The notes under the pieces: model-generated
Database searches by the model: none
What the model saw: only the letters and a program-made list of their open reading frames with translations
Told to the model about the DNA's origin: nothing
Assembly (NCBI GenBank): GCA_030614005.1
Contig: JAUWKS010000056.1
Coordinates: 1 to 21,117 of the forward strand
DNA: 21,117 nucleotides
Direction: 5' to 3'
Source: Candidatus Heimdallarchaeota archaeon
GTDB lineage: Archaea > Asgardarchaeota > Heimdallarchaeia > JABLTI01
Part shown: positions 1 to 5,536 of the stretch, one piece after another
Position numbering within the stretch: position 1 is the first letter of the stretch
Layout of the letters: the number at the start of each line of letters is the position of its first letter
Program-made: the position numbers and the translations under genes

Positions 1-112
1 CAAATAGGACATGGAGAAGAATAAACGCTTGAAGATCAAGTAATTTTGTGTTAGCACGAGGAATACTTTCAGCAATCTCCAGAGAAAAGGACTTTAAACA
101 GGGAAGCAGCAT
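1..112 (-). CDS. Partial ORF running off the left edge (MLLPCLKSFSLEIAESIPRANTKLLDLQAFILLHVLF...), possibly the N-terminus of a DDE transposase
   Basis: ATG at 112-110 with an in-frame TAA just upstream, open to position 2. It lies downstream of a structured region and a possible IS terminus. The product call is a guess from context only. Confidence 0.25.
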   Translation of the reverse strand, partial: MLLPCLKSFSLEIAESIPRANTKLLDLQAFILLHVLF

Positions 113-120
113 AGTTCTTT

Positions 121-212
121 ACTGACTGCCAAAAAGTCAACAGCCTTCGAGGCTCCAGCCCCGTGCCGTATACCGACTCGGGAATCCCCCACTCAACTGT
201 TCCTAGTGAGGG
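121..212 (-). ncRNA. GC-rich structured region with four adjacent hairpins (unassigned cis-RNA or IS leader)
   Basis: 121-240 is about 54% GC (65/120 by hand count) in an AT-rich window. Stems at 186-212, 159-183, 142-154 and 121-141. Mismatches become G-U pairs when read on the minus strand. Confidence 0.35.
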
Positions 213-254
213 CTCAGAGATGAACTGCACCAACAAATTGATCGCGGTGACTGG

Positions 255-273
255 GAATGGATAAAAGACTCAG
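255..273 (-). mobile_element. Possible IS4-family (IS50-like) terminal repeat CTGAGTCTTTTATCCATTC
   Basis: 12 of 19 positions match the IS50/Tn5 outside end CTGACTCTTATACACAAGT. GC content falls just outside it. The partner end is not in the window. Confidence 0.2.
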
Positions 274-606
274 TGTCCCATTTGTCCATAAAAAAAGGAA
301 CGGTAGCCAAAACAAAGTGAAATTAGATAATCTAGACCAATCTTTGGTTGATTTAATGTATCACCCAATATTAGTAGTGTATTGTAGCGATGGATAGAAC
401 TTGAATTTTATTTCGGAGAAAGGATTCTGCTATCATTGGGTAAATCTTTTGTAGTCAATTTTTGTCACTATTTTTTCTGAGTTTACTTGTAAATTAAATT
501 CAACATAAGGATTATATATAGGATGTAATGAAAATTTCTTTAGAGTGGATTCTTAAAAAAAAATGAGAATCGGAATTATTTATTGTATATATAATAAGGA
601 GAATCA

Positions 607-1536
607 GTGATTATGGCACGTTATGCTTTATGTTCTGTTTGTGGGAGAGGCACAAGAATTGGCAGAGCAAGGACATGTACATACTGCGGTAGATATGTGT
701 GCAGAAAACATCGTACAAATGGTTTGTGCCCAGCACATATCAATGTTATGAGCAAAGAACATGCAGATGCATTACTTGTACAAGATCATATACATCACTG
801 GATAGGGAGAATAACAATACCAATATTGTTTTTCACTTTTATTGGTTCATTTGGAATTATTGGTCAACAAGGTAGGATATTTGGATTTGTGAGTTTAGGT
901 ATTTTTCTAGTAACACTACTGATATTTATAACAGGAAGTAGAAGCGTAAATAGAAAGCATGAAACAATATTGAGAAAAGCAATTCATTCAAAATTTAGTG
1001 ATATAGAAACTACTCTTTGTTTGAAATGTATTATTGCACTTCCAGAAGGAACTAGAAAATGTCCCTCATGTGGTACCAAAGTTTCTATTGTCCCAGGCAA
1101 TCCTTTCCAAGAAACACCTGCATCTATTACCATTGCAGAAGGGGAATATACTCAACCGCTTCAACAATATATTCAATCAACACCTCCTCCAGTAAAAACG
1201 AATTATGAGACTTTGCCACCACCACCGCCTCCAGTAAAAGCGAATTATGGAACTTTACCTCCACCTCCCCCACCAGAAAGTCAACAACAGTATAGAACTC
1301 CACCGCCACCTCCAGGATACATACCAAAACAGCACACTGGAAATCAAGATTTAGATAGTCTATTGGACGAAATTATTGAGCAAAACCCAGATTCCAAAGT
1401 AGAGGTAAATAATTTTTACGATGAGAAAGCTAACTCCAAATTTCATACCTGTAGTTCATGCGGTAAAGGTTTTACAAGGACAGGTAGCACAAGCCATTGC
1501 CCCTTTTGCAATATACCACTGTTTAATACACGATAA
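607..1536 (+). CDS. Two-TM membrane protein with an N-terminal AN1-like Zn finger, two C4 zinc ribbons and a proline-rich repeat tail
   Basis: C-x2-C-x11-C-x2-C-x4-C-x2-H-x5-C-x2-H at the N-terminus; two hydrophobic segments; CLKC...CPSC; LPPPPPP repeats; C-terminal CSSC...CPFC. AGGAG at 597-601; start is GTG 607 or ATG 613. Confidence 0.85.
   Translation: MIMARYALCSVCGRGTRIGRARTCTYCGRYVCRKHRTNGLCPAHINVMSKEHADALLVQDHIHHWIGRITIPILFFTFIGSFGIIGQQGRIFGFVSLGIFLVTLLIFITGSRSVNRKHETILRKAIHSKFSDIETTLCLKCIIALPEGTRKCPSCGTKVSIVPGNPFQETPASITIAEGEYTQPLQQYIQSTPPPVKTNYETLPPPPPPVKANYGTLPPPPPPESQQQYRTPPPPPGYIPKQHTGNQDLDSLLDEIIEQNPDSKVEVNNFYDEKANSKFHTCSSCGKGFTRTGSTSHCPFCNIPLFNTR
1186..1269 (+). repeat. 42-bp (14-codon) tandem duplication PPVKTNYETLPPPP / PPVKANYGTLPPPP
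   Basis: cctccagtaaaaacgaattatgagactttg at 1186 versus cctccagtaaaagcgaattatggaacttta at 1228; in frame. Confidence 0.9.
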
Positions 1537-1635
1537 TCCATTGATTTGAAAAAAGGTAATAATTCAGCCAAAATTCCTTTCTACCGAAAAACCTATTTTC
1601 ATTGAATCTGGAAAAGTATTGTTAAGGTGCTTAAA

Positions 1636-2058
1636 GTGACTGAAAATAACAAAGTTGTAACTCGAACTGGGATTTCCTTGGAAATTGCCCTTCTTACAGA
1701 ATTTGATGAATGGTTAGAGAAAAAGGGCTTCCCAAATAGAAGTGAAGGGATACGGTATTTAATTCGAGAGAAACTAGACCAAGAAGCTCTCCTCACAAAC
1801 CCCGATTTCATTGTTGTGGGTTCATTGACTTATGTCTTTCAACATCATGGTTTTGATTGTACCTTAAAACTGATAGAAATTCAACATGATTTTGAAGAGT
1901 TGATTATTTCAACTATGCATGCTCATATTACACATGATTTATGTTTAGAAACAATTTTTCTTAAAGGAAAGCAAATTAAGATAAGAAAATTGGCTGAGAG
2001 TATTTTAGCTTTAAAGGGAGTACTAAAAGGGCAGCTATATCTTGCCCCTGCAGATTAG
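1636..2058 (+). CDS. nikR: Nickel-responsive transcriptional regulator NikR
   Basis: N-terminal ribbon-helix-helix (TRTGISL...FDEWLEKKGFPNRSEGIRYLIRE) plus the C-terminal Ni site IQH...STMHAHITHDLCLE (H, HxH, C). AGGTG at 1625-1629 favours GTG 1636 over GTG 1627. Confidence 0.95.
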   Translation: MTENNKVVTRTGISLEIALLTEFDEWLEKKGFPNRSEGIRYLIREKLDQEALLTNPDFIVVGSLTYVFQHHGFDCTLKLIEIQHDFEELIISTMHAHITHDLCLETIFLKGKQIKIRKLAESILALKGVLKGQLYLAPAD

Positions 2059-3036
2059 TTACTCTTTAGCAACACCCATATTTGTTTCTGGGGAAAGATG
2101 TTCAATTGCTACTTCGTCATTTTCTCTCTTAATAAACTCCAAACTTTTCTCCTTTTGCCTTCGTTTCCTTTTTGGGGAGAAGATAACACTGATAACAAAA
2201 ATTGTACTGGAAACAATGATAATTGATGATCCTACTGGAAAATCAACTAGAAACGAAAGTAAAACACCGCCAACAGCGGAAGCAATACCAACAAGAGGTG
2301 AAAAGAGGAAAATTTTCTTTGTATCATAAGCAAATTGGTAGACAGTTGAGGTTGGATTAACAATTAATGCATAGACCAATAACGCTCCAACAATCTTAAG
2401 TGTGAAAGAAACTGTTAAGGCAGTAAGGAAGAGAATGAGAAAATTGAAAAAGTTCACTCTAATTCCTGCAGCAAGAGCCACTTTTTTGTTGAACATTGTG
2501 GCAATAAACTCCTTATAAAAGATTATTAGCACAAGAATGATTACTATGTTAATAATTCCTAAAAGAAGAAAATCAATAGTATCTAAACCAAAGACACTTC
2601 CCCAAAGAATTTGAACTGCTTCACTTGAAACCACCCCTGAAGGTAAGAAACTTAGAAAGATAAAGCCCAGTGCAAGTGTTAAAGCAAAGATTATACCCAA
2701 AACCACATTGGAATTTAGTCTTGTTTTTTCTGAAATTGGTCCAAGTAAAAGTGCTACACCAATAGCGAATAAGGTCGCCGAAATAATTGGGTCAAAATTA
2801 ATGTAACTATTAATTAGCAAACCTAAAGCTGCTCCTGCAAAAGCTGCGTGAGACATGGAAAAACCTATTGAGGTTACTTTTAGGTGAACTACAAAAACAC
2901 CAATAAGAGAACAAGCCATACCTGCGAGAACTGCTCCAAGAACAACCTTGGCAATGAGCTGAAGTTGGAAGTTGGCAAATAATAGGAATAATTGAGTCAT
3001 TTTTTTCACCATGTTATTGTTTTGAACAAATTCCAT
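2059..3036 (-). CDS. Metal ABC transporter permease (ZnuB/MntB, ABC-3 family)
   Basis: Multi-TM protein with family motifs SMSHAAFAGAALG, ILWGSVFG, ALAAGI and LKIVGALLVYALIVNP. The start is uncertain (3036, 3012 or 3000; GGTGA precedes 3000). Confidence 0.93.
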   Translation of the reverse strand: MEFVQNNNMVKKMTQLFLLFANFQLQLIAKVVLGAVLAGMACSLIGVFVVHLKVTSIGFSMSHAAFAGAALGLLINSYINFDPIISATLFAIGVALLLGPISEKTRLNSNVVLGIIFALTLALGFIFLSFLPSGVVSSEAVQILWGSVFGLDTIDFLLLGIINIVIILVLIIFYKEFIATMFNKKVALAAGIRVNFFNFLILFLTALTVSFTLKIVGALLVYALIVNPTSTVYQFAYDTKKIFLFSPLVGIASAVGGVLLSFLVDFPVGSSIIIVSSTIFVISVIFSPKRKRRQKEKSLEFIKRENDEVAIEHLSPETNMGVAKE

Positions 3037-3040
3037 CAAG

Positions 3041-3883
3041 TTATGCTTCTGAAGCAGACAGCTCCACAAATGCTCGGTAAATTTTAGATTCCACTGCAGT
3101 AATTCTATTCGAATCCAATACTAGCTTGCCTTGTCTGAGCATCACTACTCTGTTTACCTCTTTTGGTATATCAGAACCATGAGAAACACAAAGGATTGTT
3201 ACACCTGCCTCTTGATTCAACTTCAAGAGCAGCTGGTAAATTTCTTGGCGAGCATTAATATCCAAATTTGCAAATGGTTCATCTAGGAGCAATAATTCAG
3301 GTTCACCAGCTAGGGCATTTGCTATCATTACTTTTTGATGCTGACCAGCTGATAGCTTACCAATTGGACGAGACCAAAAATCTTCCATCCCTACTGCTTG
3401 CAAACTAGCTCTAACAATCTCCCAGTCCGCTTCCTTGATCCTTTTTCCAAGACCTATCAAACCAGAACGACCAATCATAACGACATCTTTAACTAGAAAA
3501 GGTTCATTAGGCTCAAACTCAAGACCCTGAATAACGTAACCGATTCTTTTTCTTATATCAGGACCCTCTTGCTTTACAGATAAACCGAAAACCATCACTT
3601 CACCTTTGCTTATTGGAAGTATTCCACAAATAGTTTCAAGAATGGTTGTTTTACCTGCTCCATTCGGTCCAACAATAAAGATGAGTTCTCCTTTAGAGAC
3701 TTGCATAGATACTTTATGAAGGGTAGGAATTCGCTCACCTTCATAGACAGTATCAACATTCTCAAGCTTTACTATTAGATCATTATAAGGAAATTTTATC
3801 TTGTTTATTGAATTGTTTCTTTGACTTGTAAGTTGAATATTTGCATTTATAGCAGTAAGAAAACTCTCACGATCAAAATGCAT
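3041..3883 (-). CDS. Metal ABC transporter ATP-binding subunit (ZnuC/MntA-like)
   Basis: Walker A GPNGAGKTT, signature LSAGQ, Walker B LLLDEP, H-loop VSH. Its ATG overlaps the upstream stop (TAATG). Confidence 0.95.
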   Translation of the reverse strand: MHFDRESFLTAINANIQLTSQRNNSINKIKFPYNDLIVKLENVDTVYEGERIPTLHKVSMQVSKGELIFIVGPNGAGKTTILETICGILPISKGEVMVFGLSVKQEGPDIRKRIGYVIQGLEFEPNEPFLVKDVVMIGRSGLIGLGKRIKEADWEIVRASLQAVGMEDFWSRPIGKLSAGQHQKVMIANALAGEPELLLLDEPFANLDINARQEIYQLLLKLNQEAGVTILCVSHGSDIPKEVNRVVMLRQGKLVLDSNRITAVESKIYRAFVELSASEA

Positions 3884-4296
3884 TACTCTATCTCCAAGAA
3901 ATCTTCAATGGGTTTAGTAACAAAGGTTAAAGCAATTTTTCTAACAGCTTCTGGTTTCAATCCTTTTAGATCGAGTGGAACCTTTAGCCGCATTTTGAGA
4001 GTTTCATTATTCATAGTAAAAACAGCTTCTGGTTTACCCTTATCTATGACAGTAATGTTTCCTTTGCCTAAGGTACATCCTGAAATGAACTGAATTCCAT
4101 CAATCATACAAGATATTGGTGGATTGATACCGGTATGTGCTACCACTTTCATTATGAAAGGATCAAAACCTAACCTATTAATAGCCGTTTCAGCCATTCG
4201 AGCTCCAACAATCAAATAGGGACCAAGATGAGTGTGAAATCGAGCTAAAATCTCTACAACTTCAACCACTTTAAAGGGACTATATTCTGCTTTCAT
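3883..4296 (-). CDS. FmdE-family (PF02663-like) protein, probable metal chaperone or accessory protein
   Basis: RFHTHLGPYLIVGARMA and SCMIDGIQFISGCTLGKGNI are FmdE-family motifs. GGTGA precedes ATG 4296 (MKAEY). Confidence 0.88.
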   Translation of the reverse strand: MKAEYSPFKVVEVVEILARFHTHLGPYLIVGARMAETAINRLGFDPFIMKVVAHTGINPPISCMIDGIQFISGCTLGKGNITVIDKGKPEAVFTMNNETLKMRLKVPLDLKGLKPEAVRKIALTFVTKPIEDFLEIE

Positions 4297-4331
4297 GTTT
4301 TTCACCAATTTCAATATTAGACAATAAACCA

Positions 4332-5291
4332 TTACTTCTTAGCTTTCTTTCTTAGTGATGGTAGAGCTACTGCTATAATGACTAAAAATAAAATCGTACT
4401 TTGGAGAAGGAGCCCATTATTTTTAGTTTCATTTAATCCAGTCACTAATTGCTGCAAGTTGTATTCCAACATCTCGAGATAGCTATCTGAGTTTTCAGAG
4501 TCTTGTGGAAAATTCGTTAGAACAATATGAGGAACATTAACTAAACTAGCAACTTCTTTACCTATACTTGTTCCAGATTGAAGATTACTAATTATCAGCT
4601 CCGCACTTAAATTCCCTGCAGCTATTGCTAAATCAGAAACCTCTTGCACTGACATAAGTTCATCGGATTTAGACCAATTCCCTACAACATTTAACCCAAG
4701 AAAATTACTAAAACCAATTTGATGAGTCATTACAACTGCTTTCATTCCTGTCAAATTATTGTCTTGTGCTGCTTGGAGAAGCTCAATTGCTTTTGCATCA
4801 ATTTGACTACTGAAAAGGGAAAGTTCTTCGTTAAAGTCTGTAGCTAATTCTGGATATGTCTGATTTAATTTACTTGTAATTACATTGAGATATTTTTTAG
4901 CATTATCCGGAACACCCCAAGGAACTGCGCCTACCAATGGTGCTAAAGCATATTTTGCACTAGTTTTCCCCGCACTAGATAATAAATCATCTAACCATTG
5001 CCCTTCAAAACCATGACAAAAAACAACATCTGCTTCTTGAATTAACTCTAAATCACTCGGACTGGAATCATAGTGAGCTGGACATGCCCCTGGATTAATA
5101 ATGGGTTCAATGACTTGATTAGTAATTGTTCCAACAAAATCAGCCAATGTTGTTGTGGTTGCAGCAACTTTTATTACCGATTCACTATTCTTGACAAGAC
5201 TTTTCCTTCCTTGTGTAATTTGTGGTACTAATAATAAACTAATCACAACAAATGTCAAACAGATCAATTTTACTTTAGTTTTTCCTTTCAC
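4332..5291 (-). CDS. Metal ABC substrate-binding protein (ZnuA/TroA, cluster A-I) with a C-terminal membrane anchor
   Basis: Signal peptide; VAATTTTLADFV; PAHYDSSPSDLELIQEADVVFCHGFE; MTHQIGF; C-terminal hydrophobic helix then RKKAKK. GAGGT at 5302-5298 precedes GTG 5291. Confidence 0.9.
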   Translation of the reverse strand: MKGKTKVKLICLTFVVISLLLVPQITQGRKSLVKNSESVIKVAATTTTLADFVGTITNQVIEPIINPGACPAHYDSSPSDLELIQEADVVFCHGFEGQWLDDLLSSAGKTSAKYALAPLVGAVPWGVPDNAKKYLNVITSKLNQTYPELATDFNEELSLFSSQIDAKAIELLQAAQDNNLTGMKAVVMTHQIGFSNFLGLNVVGNWSKSDELMSVQEVSDLAIAAGNLSAELIISNLQSGTSIGKEVASLVNVPHIVLTNFPQDSENSDSYLEMLEYNLQQLVTGLNETKNNGLLLQSTILFLVIIAVALPSLRKKAKK

Positions 5292-5333
5292 TGAAATACC
5301 TCTTTTTATTCTTGAAGATTTTAGGAGAATAGA

Positions 5334-5360
5334 GTAACACGATTTTATAAATGGTGTTAT
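5334..5360. promoter_or_regulatory. Putative NikR operator enclosing the TATA box of the ABC operon
   Basis: GTAACAC-N13-GTGTTAT inverted repeat, containing TAACA-N15-TGTTA. The spacer holds TTTATAAAA on the minus strand, about 50-60 bp upstream of the first start codon. Confidence 0.75.
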
Positions 5361-5536
5361 TCATTCCATTCTGGAAAGAAAATAACAGACTAAAAATCGA
5401 AGAAAACGCCTATTTGGATCAGAGTAATTCCTTCTATCTTCAGTTATTTTTTTGTTTGAAACAATTTTAATTTACTTTGGAATCAAAAAGTCAAGAAGAA
5501 ATAAGAAAAGAGAAAAAGAGAGGTTAATTGCTCTCA

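Noticed and set aside
148-193. tRNA-Ser/Leu-like look (GGGGGATTCCCGAGTCGGTATACGG...CTGGAG) and partial FMN-riboswitch resemblance on the minus strand
   Set aside because: The anticodon-like loop is 6 nt rather than 7, there is no TTCGAA T-arm or matching acceptor stem, and the other conserved RFN blocks are absent.
452-470. TAGTCA-N7-TCACTA resembling the 7708-7728 inverted repeat
   Set aside because: Different spacer length and an imperfect arm; plausible by chance in AT-rich DNA.
1127-1327. Minus-strand 66-aa ORF rich in V/E/A
   Set aside because: Antisense shadow of the polyproline repeat. The other short listed ORFs overlapping real genes (e.g. 1599, 2042, 3821, 5155, 5644, 5874, 11341, 12137, 13782, 16119, 17306, 17549, 19180, 19743, 20022, 20376, 20699) were rejected for the same kind of reason.
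3883-4296. FmdE as evidence of methanogenesis or a formylmethanofuran dehydrogenase operon
   Set aside because: No fwd/fmd catalytic subunit genes nearby; the context is metal transport.
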